Of a stretch of 64,000 nucleotides of DNA, positions 39,197 through 50,697 are shown in pieces. The first letter of the stretch is position 1; every line of letters begins with the position of its first letter. The stretch lies in the NCBI GenBank assembly GCA_965113315.1, contig OZ220364.1; one strand, given 5' to 3'. Position numbers and translations under genes: made by a program. The notes beneath the pieces are model-generated. The model saw nothing but the letters and a program-made list of their open reading frames with translations, had not been told where the DNA came from and did no database searches. The DNA comes from Podarcis vaucheri. Its lineage: Eukaryota.

Positions 39197-39405
39197 AGAA
39201 TTTAAGAAGTGCCATGCTGGATTAAACCAAGGACTCGCCTAGTCCAGCATCCTGTTCTCGCAGTGACCAACCAGATGCCTGAGGGAAGCTCACAAGCAGG
39301 ACATGAGTGCAGCACCGCTCCCCCCATTTGAGCTCTCAAGCAACTAGCATTCAAAGGCATACTGCTTCTGATACTGATACCAGAGGTTGTGTACAGCCAT
39401 CGTGA
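39197..39405 (-). mobile_element. CR1 LINE 3' fragment
   Basis: tgctggattaaacc...ctagtccagcatcctgttctcgcagtgaccaaccagatgcc...caagcaggacatgagtgca. Confidence 0.7.
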
Positions 39406-40388
39406 CCTCGAGCTGGAGCTTCTGGAGGAGGAAACCCCCCCCCCCGAAAGTTTTGAGAAATGTCTGAATGTCAGAAAACAGTTAGCTTTGCCTGGGTGTG
39501 TGTGTGTTTAATAGTTGAGGTTTTACTCAGTGTCTAGCTGCACAACTCTCTTACTCATTCAGTTTTCTCTTTGTCTTTTGTTGGTATCCTGGATTTTTTT
39601 TGGCCAGCCTGTTTTTTCCTGCCATCTCTCCTTTTCCAGTTGCATGGCTCCTTAACTCACCTTGTCTTTCTCAATAACATACAACCATCTCGTGCCCCTT
39701 TGATTCTGTCAGTTCTTCCTCCGTATTCTTTGCCTTTATATGCACATCAGAGGCATCCTTCCTTTCCACACCACCGGGACAACCATACCCTTATTTTGCC
39801 CCTAGTTGCCCCACCCCAATTACTGTTTAAAATTCCATAGGTGGGAGGGGAGTAAATAAAGTAGTTTACTGTTCTCATTTCTCTCTGCTAAACTATGCAT
39901 AACTTAAGATTTGTTGGGTGAGCTTGAGCTTGCTGTAACCATCACAGAGTAGCTCCGTGCAGACTGACAGGATGCCTTCTTTCATATAATTGTGCCTCTG
40001 AGTGTTGCAGTGGCTGCAGCAGCAGCACCGGAACCCCCTTTGAAGCACAAAAATTGCTCTGCTGGGATTGGCAGGTGAATCACACCTGTGATACACACTT
40101 GTATCCATGGTATAAAAATCGAGATTGCCAGCTTCACAGGCATTGTGATCCCATGTTGGCACTTCAGAAAAATAGTTGTCAATTGAACTCAGTGGCATGT
40201 GAGGATGAAACACTTATCTAAAATTGTTTTTTGTTGTGTGTAAAAGGAAATTCAAGTTAACTACCTTGGCTCAATTGTAGCGCATCACTAGAGCAAATCG
40301 ACAAGATACCTGGGTACAGTAACAGACCTGGTTACTGTACTTGCCTATAAAATACTTAGAATCCCTCTTTGCTCTATTGGGATTAATA

Positions 40389-40463
40389 TTCCTGCATTGT
40401 GGGGGGGGTTGGACTAGATGACCCTTGGTGTCCCTTCCAGGTCTACAGTCCTATGACTCTATA
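40389..40463 (+). mobile_element. Short CR1 3' tail fragment just upstream of the exon at 40522
   Basis: ggttggactagatgaccctt..gtcccttcca followed by degenerate (ATTCTATG)-type octamers, the classic CR1 terminus. Confidence 0.75.
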
Positions 40464-40521
40464 ATACTCATTGTAATTGCCAGTGTTTTCACTCAAAATA
40501 TTGCTTGCTTTTTCATTTCAG

Positions 40522-40632
40522 GGAGGAGCCATCTCCATCCTCACTGCGTGCGAAAGACCAAATGACTTTTCAGGCATGGTATTAATTTCTCCTCTAGTAG
40601 TTGCAAGCCCAGATGTAGCAACACCGATCAAG
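40522..40632 (+). CDS. MGLL: MGLL coding exon (111 bp)
   Basis: tttcag acceptor, GTAAAA donor. Translates [37 protein letters not shown] and completes GHSMG across the intron. Confidence 0.97.
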
Positions 40633-41426
40633 GTAAAAATACAGGCATAAATTAATTTCCAACACACTAGCTAAATGTCAGCTGAGCGTCACACTGGCTC
40701 CAGCCAGTAGCTCTTTTTTCCCCACCAGTCCTTCCTCTCTGTACATGTCAATTTGCACTAAAAAGAAAAGAAAAGGGAGAAAGGATTGATTTAAGGTCCT
40801 TACTAATTTTAAATGAATTTCAGAGGAAATTTTCAGAGGAAAATTCATGGTCACTACGAAGACTATGGGGCTAAATATGTGTTGGAAACATGTGAATAGC
40901 AAAATCCCACTGGCTGCCTTTTAGGAAAGCACATGAGGCAGCATTGAGAGAGAGAGAGATATGGAGCAGAGAAACCTGCAAAGACCTAACAATTGGCTTT
41001 TGCTGTCACTTTACCTTTACAGTTCCCCCTCCCCAGATTTTTCCATATTCCAGGTTCATGTTTACCTTTGTAAAGTCACTATGAGTGGAAGGACACTTGA
41101 CAGTTATAATTCTGCCTAATGACATATATTTATGTGATTAGTGGGCTTGGGAGACGAGGTTCAACCTGGTTTGCTTTAGCTTCATAGGTTTAGTCTCAGT
41201 ATTACACAGCAAGCAATTTTGAATTTGCTTACATTTAAGTGGATGTTGTGGGGGGGGGGGAATGCCCTGAGATTGGAAAAGTAGCCTCCATCCCTATAGC
41301 CAGTCCTGTCATCTGTTAATGGTAAGCATGGGAGCATGCATACAGTTGATGCTCTACTCAGACTTTATAATGGTAAAATTTAGATTTTTAGAATGGGAAC
41401 ATATCTTAATCTTCATTATTTATATC

Positions 41427-41533
41427 AGTGGAATTCAGCTAAGTTTTACTCAGAGAAGATCTATTGAAATGGATGCCCCTAACTTGGACATATTCATTAG
41501 TCTACTCTGAATAAAACATAGTTGAATCCCACC
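41427..41533. mobile_element. Small palindromic MITE
   Basis: GTGGAATTCAGCTAAGTTTTACTCAGAG...CTCTGAATAAAACATAGTTGAATCCCAC. Relatives at ~50925-51030 and 51912-51967. Confidence 0.6.
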
Positions 41534-41588
41534 TTATTTGTCTTGTTAAGAGTGCATGCAATGCATTTATATGTACCATCATCTAGAT

Positions 41589-41725
41589 CAGGGTTTCCCA
41601 AACTTTGGGTCTCCAGCTGTTTTTGGACCACAACTCCCATCATCCTTAGTTAGCAGGACCAGTGCTTGGGGATGATGGGAATTGTAGTCCAAAAACAGCT
41701 AAAGACCCAAGTTTGGAAAACCCTG
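41589..41725. mobile_element. Palindromic hAT MITE (137 bp)
   Basis: CAGGGTTTCCCAAACTT/AAGTTTGGAAAACCCTG termini, same core as the 9397 and 21796 copies, TSD ATCTAGAT/ATGTAGAT. Confidence 0.9.
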
Positions 41726-43358
41726 ATGTAGATGGATATGGACATAATGAGTTAAATCTACCAACCACAACTCCTGGCAGAAGACACTGTGCAATAACCT
41801 GCTCAGATGAGTTCATTAGCTTTTCCTCAGGTATTTTATCTATCAAGGTACTTGTTACACAAAGCTGTTTAATTAAAAGCCTGTTGTTTTACTTAGTATC
41901 ATCCCCCAGGAAGCCAGGACAACTCATCTCCTCAGGCCAGTGCTAGGAACTAAGCCTAGACAAAACACACTAGGCAGAGTATAAGTAGTAGTGCACAAAC
42001 AAAGCACAGGGTCACATTCATGTCATATATTTAAAGCACTCTTATACGTCTTCAATAGTCATGGCGGCACCCCCCCCCCCAAAAAAAAAAGAATACTGGG
42101 AACTGTAGTTCATTAAGGGTGATAGGAAATATAGCTCTGTGAGGGGGTCTCCTAACGTGTAGAAATATATGCATTAGTGCCAGTGGAAAGGTGAACTTTT
42201 CCAAGTGACTTGAAGTTCCAGGACCACATTTGCATTTCTGGAGAATACATTTATGTCCTAACATCTCTCTCTTGGCCCATGTGCTAAATGGAGCTCATGA
42301 AGCTTTGGTACAAAAGGAGTGTTCCATGGCAATGGCATTTGCAATGCCTGTAAATGCCTCTGAAATCTGTGACTGCTTTGATATTTGGTACCTTGGAGAA
42401 ACTCTTCATTTCATCCTTTTTATCTTTGCTCTAATACAGTATAATTTCCCAGTCCATAGCAACTTTGATGAAGGAGGATGAGAGAATGTTATGTGACTGG
42501 GTGTGCTTAATGGATTTGTACTCTAGCAAGGTCACACTTTATACTTTGCAGGAAGTATCTCTGGATACAGTATTTGACATTCAAAGAGACTATAAAACAA
42601 AGGCCCAGCTATTTGTTTTCTTGGTTGTCAACATTTCCAAGCAATCACCACTTAATTAGAAGGTAATTTTCAAAAGATCAGAGGAGAATTTTAAATATTG
42701 GGCTTGATTGCAAAATGCTTTTAGTGGGAGAAAGAAATACATTTTCCTTCTCTTCTGTGGGCATTTGTATGCTCCGGAAGTTCAGACCTTTTGCATTTAA
42801 CTCCCAGAGGGCAGGTATGCAATAGATTTCCTTAGTCAATGCCTGCACATTTGTTCTTGTTTATTTGTGTCCCCCTAGAGAATGTGCTTCGCAGAAAGAG
42901 TTGCAGCCTAGGCAAATACTGGGTGGATTGCACAGGCGACAATTTGCATTGTAACAGACTGAAATTAGAAGTAAATGGTGATGAGACAAAATTGGACTGC
43001 ATTGAAAAGTGAAACGCTGCCTCAGTATTAGCTTCTTCAGCAAGGACACTCTCCTTGCTTATTTTGGTGTCAGGAGGAAATGCAGGAGTCCTGAAGCTGG
43101 ACAAAGATGTGTTGAGGAACACTGCCTGTTGCATCATGCTTGTCCTTGTAAATGGCCGTGGGAACTTTTCCTGCCTTTTCAGTGTATTTGTACTAGAGCT
43201 GTTAGTTGGCACTTAAGACCGGATCCTCAGCTGGAATATAACATTGATGTGGTGGTACAGCAACAGAGAACCTCAAAACATTTCTGCCACCTGCCGATCT
43301 GGCTCCTGCAATTCTCTTCTTTGCTGTCCAAGTTACTAACTACATTCATCTCCCTCAG

Positions 43359-43448
43359 GTTTTTGCAGCTAAAATACTTAACTTAGTTCTGCCAAACTTG
43401 TCCCTGGGATCTATCGACCCAAACGTCATTTCCCGGAATAAGAAAGAG
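43359..43448 (+). CDS. MGLL: MGLL coding exon (90 bp, cap/lid region)
   Basis: ccctcag acceptor, GTGAGA donor. Translates [30 protein letters not shown] (human [30 protein letters not shown]). Confidence 0.97.
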
Positions 43449-44867
43449 GTGAGAATTTTATTGCTCTTGCAAATCACTGTGGTGTCTGTTCTTGTTTCCC
43501 AGTCTTGTCCATTTGTTCTTGCCTCAGCAGTTTGACTGAACTACAAGTGCCAAGTTGCATCTTGGTGCAAACTGATGAAATGCCTTTGGAAAAGGGATGG
43601 GACCTTTTCTGTATAGACAATGAGAGAATTTCATACGGCATTTAGGAGGAGAAAATTTAATCCAGCCTGAAATGACTTAATCCTCATATGTTTTGCATCA
43701 GTACTGTGAAGCAGGGAAAATTCATTCTGTCATTCTGTGTCCCTGTTCTTCATATTAATATGGAAGCAAATGGGTTGACTTCATAGTTGCCATGATGCAC
43801 CAGTGGTGGAGGCTGCCCAATAGTAGACCTTGCATTTTGCAGTAGCTCTGTAGCCAAGCACCTCTGTGCTGCTTACAGACATTTCCTGAAGCACAAGGAT
43901 GCAAACCTGCATCTGCAGTCGCTAGTAAAACCAGAGATGTCCACAGCAGCTTTAGCATCAAAACAGTAACAAATAAAAATGTACTTGTTCTTTAAAGGAG
44001 AACACAATCGTGGGCATACAGGGAGGGGGAATGAATGTAAGCAGAGACTGACAAAGGATTGCTAGACGGGGTTGTAGTTCATTGTAAAGATCAACTGAAC
44101 TGACAGGAAATGGCATTCTGGGATTTTGAAAAAAGCAGGAGACTATAGAATGCTAGTGAATGCACATTCCTACCAGCTCAGATTTCTCTCAGATGCACTG
44201 TAAATATATTGAATGCTGCTAACTTGCTAGGTAAGCTGCATTGCAATGATTAATACATGCTGCTGGAGCTCTCACCCTGGAAATGCTAAGAAGGTGTCTG
44301 ACAGCAAAGTGCCAACAGGATGCCAGCAATGCAGCAAGGTTAAAATGCTTCTTAGCACATCCAGCCTGTTGTAGTCAACATTGTCAACAACACTTGTGCT
44401 TAACAGAGAGGTCCACGCATAGCAGCTTAAAGGAGGATTGGGTGTATGTGGCTAAGTAATTGAGCACATGCTCCGCATTCAGGGTCTCAGATTCAATCTT
44501 TGGTATCTTTCACTGAAGAGTCCATGAGCCAGACTGCATGCTAAATTTCCTGTGTTTCTGGGCTTTTCAGTACAGGGATGTTTTAACTTAAATTGCTGGC
44601 ACAGGGGCTTCAACATACCTGTAGCTTGCATAGTAAAAAAAAAATTAAAATGCTCTTATTGAAATGTATGGGATGGTCCGTGTCCCCCCCCCCCAAATTA
44701 CAGACACACAGGGGCAATAATCCAGATCAGAACCACAGCAGATGGCAAAGGGTTAAAGCCTTCCAAATCCCCATGCTAGGGTCCCAGCAATTGGTGTAGA
44801 AAACAAATCAAATACTTAAAGGCACAGCTACATAGTGAGTGTAACTTGTAGTTTGCCCTTCTGATAA

Positions 44868-44982
44868 CAGATCTGGCTAGGAAAGATCCCTGCCTGAGAG
44901 AGCCTGGAGAGCCATTATCAGTCAGGCTAGACAATATTTGACTAGGAAGAAACAATGGGCTGCCTCTCCGGAAGGCAGCTTT
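44868..44982 (+). mobile_element. Squam3-like SINE, 3' half
   Basis: ggaaagatccctgcctgagag..ctggagagcc...agtcaggctagacaat...aaggcagctt. Confidence 0.6.
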
Positions 44983-45423
44983 TGGCAAGTGTTCATGGAA
45001 GTCATCCAATCCTTATAGTCCACATGTGCAATGTATTGGACCTGTACTAGCAGTAGCAGCTCGCATGGAGTGGTGGTGTTGTGTAGCCACCCTCCCAACA
45101 CTGGCACAGCATACCTGAACAGTGCTGGGGCAGGGAAGGGCAATGGTGTGGGTAGGACTGTGCAGATGTTGGATTGGCTCCACCAGTAAGGCCATGCAGT
45201 CCTGCCCCAGCACCGCCCAGTTAACCTGTAGCAACACTGGTGTTGGCCAGGCAACTCTGTGATGCTGTTCCATCGCACTGACCACTACTTCTTACCAAAT
45301 GGCTTGGAACCAGCAACACCTCTTTGATGTGTTGTCATACATTGCAAATACCTAGCAATTTGAAAATATTGTCTAGTCTGCCGAGATTAGATTTCTTCTG
45401 AAATGTTACCTATAAAAGTTTGT

Positions 45424-45427
<4 letters not shown>

Positions 45428-45504
<77 letters not shown>
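45428..45504. repeat. Compound (CT)n(CA)n microsatellite
   Basis: Read directly from the sequence. Confidence 0.95.
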
Positions 45505-45507
<3 letters not shown>

Positions 45508-46989
45508 CAGTCTCCAGTTTCTTAGTTCCACCTACACTCAGAATCTACTAAATACGAATTTAGAATCTGCTGGGAACAGCATGGGGATTTGTCTGATATG
45601 CACATGAGACTGTATGAGATTAAAAGCTCATCCAGGCCTTTCTAGGGGCTCTTTCTGCACAAGTGCTCTCAAGACACACCTCCCGACACCTATAGGGACC
45701 CACCCTATTATTGTGACTATAGTTTGTTTTAAAAGCTTGTTAATGCTGTATTTTCAGTTGTTGTAACCCAACTTGGGAACTTATGGTGAAGGGCAGATGA
45801 TAAATTGAAATAGTAGTAGTAGCAGTAGCAATAACAGAGCCCAGCCATGCAAAAATGCCCAAGGTGAGTCACAGCTGATCTCTGACTCCAAAGTTTGTCC
45901 GTCTCTGCTATGTGCACCAGAACTTCCAAGCAATTTGAAAACATTGCCGTGTCTGCTGACATTGGGTTACTTTTGAAAAATGACCTATCTGTAGTTTGAC
46001 AGAAATAAATCCCCAGCATTTTAGTGTCATCTACACTCAAAACCTGCAGAATACAAGTTTAGATTGTACTGGGAACAGCCACTATTTACATGCTGCACGT
46101 ATTCATCTGCCAGACCAATTTCTAGTCTCTATAAATATCATTGGGATGTCCTCCAAGAATTTCCTGACTTGTTTGTGTTCATAGCAGTTTGGTTTTGCAA
46201 ACCAGGAACTGAAATGTAAATGGTGGATTTGAGACATTTTGATCAAAAAAAAATTCTTGCTTGTTAAATCTGATGCAAAACTCCAGATGTGTTGGGGTGC
46301 AATTTCAAAAGAAAGCAAGGCTGTCACCATAATCTAAAATGTGTTTGATGCAAAGGCTGTGTTGCTATAGGTTTATACTTGTTGGGGGCGGGGCCTTGCC
46401 TGCCTTAAAAAGCAATAGCCCCTGAATCTAGTTGAACAATCCCTATTGGTCCCATATTATAATGTGCATCTGCATCTGCATTAAGATACATCCAGCTGGT
46501 TCAGTGGACCTGAGGGATCATTACAAAGCAGATGGGAATCCAGAATCCAACCTTCTCCCACACACCAGTCTTTCCCTCCCAATCTCTGAAAAGGTCATCA
46601 AACCAAATTTTAGGGCTGAAGAACTGTATCAGAAAAGGATCAGGATATTAGGAGGAATTCAACATAGTGCTAAGGAGATCACTCAGTTGGTGCAAGCATT
46701 TGTGCTTACCTGATGAAGAAAGTGCTCCCCCTGCACCCTGTTCTGGGGGTTCCCCTGACTGCCCCGTTTCACTAGCAGTAAGTAGTCCTTCTCTGTGGTT
46801 TCACTACCAGGACTAGTTAGATGAACCAATAGTTTCTCTGCTGGAAACTTGGGAGGGGGTTGCATGCATCATGATTACTCTGCAGTATCAAAGCAACTCA
46901 CAATGTTCCAGTGATGTCTGTTGTGTTTTCTTCTTTGTTTTGCTTTACTGTACTTACTTAACCACTTTTCTACCATAGTTTTGGTTTTT

Positions 46990-47222
46990 TTATTTCTTTT
47001 CATTTATATCCTGCCCTGCCTCCCAAAGGAGCCCAGGGAGGCAAGCACATCCACAGTTATTATTTTTTTTAAAAAAAGAAGCATCCTAAAACAGTTAAAA
47101 ATGGTTTCGATTAAAAAGACAGTTGTGGTTAAAACCTTTATTTCTTCCAGTGACCTCAGGGTTGCTAGGGACAGTATTATTCAGTCACTGAATGCCTGGA
47201 TAAACAGGAACGTTTTCAAATA
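46990..47222 (-). mobile_element. L2 LINE 3' end fragment
   Basis: tttatatcctgccc...cccaaaggagcccagggaggc stem remnant; aatgcctggataaacaggaacgttttc. Confidence 0.5.
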
Positions 47223-47754
47223 AGTGCATGTTTATTTATCTTACCACTTACATCAAATATTAATTTAGTGATAACATGTTGTGAGATTGCCACTGATTAC
47301 ATGCTAGAAAGGGCACATTCTTTTCCCTGAATCACAGAGCAAATTCAAGAGCCAGCAGCATATTACTACTGCTGCTATTGCATCATTTTATAGCTGCATT
47401 TTTTATAAAAAACAACAACATGAGGTTTTCATAAAATTAGTCTAATTTACTATATGTTTTAGGAACTTGTTTGTTCATTATGCATTTGAAAATGTGTTTA
47501 GAAATAGGATATTATATCCAAATTTTGCATGATGGCTCCTGATATCGAGCAACAGGTTTTTGTCTATGGTTGGATACAGTTGGTCACCATTTTGACTCAA
47601 GATGCCATTCCAGGGCTTGTGGTTTCTTGCTCCTGTCAAGGCACTGCCAGGAGGGAGGGAGGAGTAAAATGGGGGGGGGGGAGTAGCACACAGCTTGTTT
47701 GTGTTAAACAACAGCTAAACGTTAACTATGGTTTTATTTAGTGGATGGGTGAAT

Positions 47755-47952
47755 TATTACATTTGTATCCCACCATTTCTTTAAGGGGCTCAAGGTGGTA
47801 TACATAGTTCTCCCCCTCCCATTTTATCCTCACAACAACCCTATGAGGTAGGTTAGGAGATGTGACTGATTGGCCCAAGATCACCCAGTGAGCTTCACAT
47901 CCAAGTGGGGATTTCAACCAGGTCTGACACTTTAAGCACTACACCACACTGG
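47755..47952 (-). mobile_element. tRNA/CORE-type SINE (Squam2/MIR-like)
   Basis: cattttatcctcacaacaaccctatgaggtaggttagg...ggcccaagatcacccagtgagcttca...cactacaccacactgg. Confidence 0.75.
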
Positions 47953-48882
47953 TTTAAGGTCATGTGTGAACCACACCTTTGACTCCATCCTGTTTACTAA
48001 CATTAGAAGGAAAACACAAGCATTTAAGGGAAACTGACAGGCATTGAGGAGCATCCATTTTGGGACGAATCATCTCTGCCCGTTCTTCCTCTCTATATGC
48101 CCCATTCTACATGGTCACATCAGCTGCCCTGGTCACTAACATCCCAGCAAAAGAAGAAGTGTGCATGCACACGAAAGCTCATACCAAGAACTAACTTAGT
48201 TGGTCTTTAAGGTGCTACTGGAAGGAATTTTTTTATTTTGATCCCAGCAAAAGTTGGTTAGGTTTTTTTAAAAAAACAACACACCTCTCTCCTGCATTAG
48301 GATTAAAAAATAAAAAATCAGCATAAAGCAAGGTTAGGAAGAAGAAACAAAGAAAATCCCATTAGGCTATTTCCTGGCATTTGTGGCTTTGCATATGAGG
48401 GTGGCGAAGGTGGTACGTCATATGAATTTATCTACATTATTTTATTCTGTGGGAAGAGGATGTCTGTCACGCCGCCCGCCCACCTCTTTGTGATTTTTCT
48501 TCCCCCAATAATTCTTTATCTGTTGCTTTTTTGTCGGGGAAGCAGCTTGAGGCTGGGCAGCCTGTACGTAGTGCTGTGTCACAGCACCAAACAAACAACT
48601 TGGCAGCTTTTAGTCTGCAGCCAGTTGCTAAGTAGCCAGAGCAACCCAGCACTTTTGTTTAAATTGGAGGAGAAAAGTCAAATTGGCCGGGGTGAAAATG
48701 TCAGAGCACACCCAGGTGCTGAGAAAGGGAGTTGGCAAAATTGCGTGCACTCGCCTCAGTTGTTCCGTTAGCCATCTCTTTTCTCTTCTTCCCTGAAAGC
48801 ACATTGAACTGGAAGCCAGACCTTTCTAAAGCAAGGTTTCTCCTGAGCAGAAATGGGAGGAGGACAGTGAAGAAGCAAGGTT

Positions 48883-49128
48883 TAGGGGTCAGCAAACTTT
48901 TTCAGCATGGGGCCTATCCACTGACCCTCAGAACTTGCGGGGGGGCAGACTATATTTGGGGGGGGTGAACAAATTCCTATGCCTCACAAATAACCCAGAT
49001 ATATATTTTAAATAAAAGGACACGTTCTACTCATGTAAAAACATGCTGATTCCAGGACGGTCTGCAAGCCAGATTTAGAAGGCGATTGGACCGGATCTGG
49101 TCCCCGGGCCTTAGTTTGCCTATCCATG
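48883..49128. mobile_element. hAT-Charlie non-autonomous element (OC1-like left end)
   Basis: AGGGGTCAGCAAACT...AGTTTGCCTATCCATG termini. Right TSD GTTTAGAT (49129-49136); the left TSD is partly retained as GTTTAG. Confidence 0.8.
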
Positions 49129-49791
49129 GTTTAGATGCCTAAAGGCAAGGGAAGAAATGCCTTGATTCATACTTGGCTACTTATTTAGAGTGGACTGTTT
49201 GCAACCAAGTTATCCCATTGGTGCAGGGACTTAGGGACTTTCACCTGTACAGAAGAATTTCCTTTCCCTCTTCTCTTCCCCCATCCAGGCAAACAAAATC
49301 TGTTTTGGGTTTCCCCACAACCTCCCCACGTTCCCTTTAGGCACAGGGACACAACCCAGCATTTCTAAGAAAAACATATTTCCGTCGGAGAAATAGAGGC
49401 ACAGGATGACTGTGTCCCACATTTCCCCAACAACACTTTTGCACCCAAACTGTGTTTCAGTATTTGACTAGAAAGCATATCTGCCTTCAAAAAAAATCAA
49501 AGCAACCACCCCAAACCAACAAGAAACTGAACTTCCGGCACATGCAGCATCTCCCATGAGTATTGAGCAAAGTCCATTTCAGAAAAACCATGTTATCTGC
49601 TGTTCATACTTACTCTTTACACAGCTGCGAAGATAAGCACTGCCAGGCAGTTTCCAATGGCTTGAACCCTCAGGAGGGCACACCACGTACCCCACATGCT
49701 GGCTCCAGCCACCCTGCTCCTCTCATTGCTGGTCCACTGGTTTTCCTTTGCCCAGTGCTCAAGCCCAGGTGGCGGTGGTTGGCGGCCGCCA

Positions 49792-49886
49792 TTTTAATTC
49801 CCCCACAATGCTTTTGGGGCCCCAAGACTGCGCTGCTTTAAAGCAATAGTACATAGAGCTCCAGAAGTATTGTGGGGGAATTAAAA
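49792..49886 (+). repeat. Inverted repeat / hairpin with 29-bp arms
   Basis: TTTTAATTCCCCCACAATGCTTTTGGGGC pairs with GCTCCAGAAGTATTGTGGGGGAATTAAAA. Central palindrome TGCTTTAAAGCA. Confidence 0.9.
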
Positions 49887-50481
49887 CGATAGATGCTGGC
49901 TAAAGTGGCTTTTATTTTTTGCTGCTGTGTTTGCCTTCTATTGTGCAGGGAAGAGGAGGGCCCCTGCTGTGCCAAGGGCTACTACAGGGAGTGGGGGCAG
50001 CAGGAGTCCCACCAGACTCAGTGGTGGCCCTCATCTCCTCCCCCCTCTACTGTAATGAGATGGAATGGCTGCTACCAACTGAGGGAAGAAGGAGCTAATC
50101 TCACAGCAGAGTCCATGGAATTCTGTGATGAGTCAAAAGAGAAAGGAGGTTGATACTCTCTTATTGTTAATATAATTGATGTATCACTATGTCCTGCTTA
50201 ATTTTGAAATATTTTGGAATTGAGATGGTTATTGATACTTTGTGTTGATTTTTCAAAAAATGAATTGTATTGTTTTTGTTGCTTTGAACATGGTTTTCTG
50301 TAGAAGGCAGCATATAAATTAAAACCTCATGTGACTGCAGTCAAAACTGAGAACCTTTGTGGAGGCTTCACCACATGAGAAGAGGGTGTCTGTACATTAA
50401 AATGTGCTGCCTTTAAAGCAAGTATCCGTTGAGTTGGTTAAGCCATAAAATGTTCATTCAGTGTCCCTTTTATTTCAACAG

Positions 50482-50697
50482 GTTGACTCTTACACCACAG
50501 ACCCGCTGGTTTACCATGGTGGCATGAAAGTCTCCTTCGTCATCCAGTTGCTGAATGCCATTGCCAAAATAGAGCGTGCACTCCCCAAACTGACTCTTCC
50601 TCTGCTGGTGCTCCATGGTTCACCTGACAAACTCTGCGATATCAAAGGCTCTTATTTGCTGATGGATACGGCACCAAGCCAGGATAAAACTCTCAAG
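50482..50697 (+). CDS. MGLL: MGLL coding exon (216 bp) with catalytic Asp
   Basis: tcaacag acceptor, weak GTTATC donor. Translates [72 protein letters not shown]. Confidence 0.97.
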
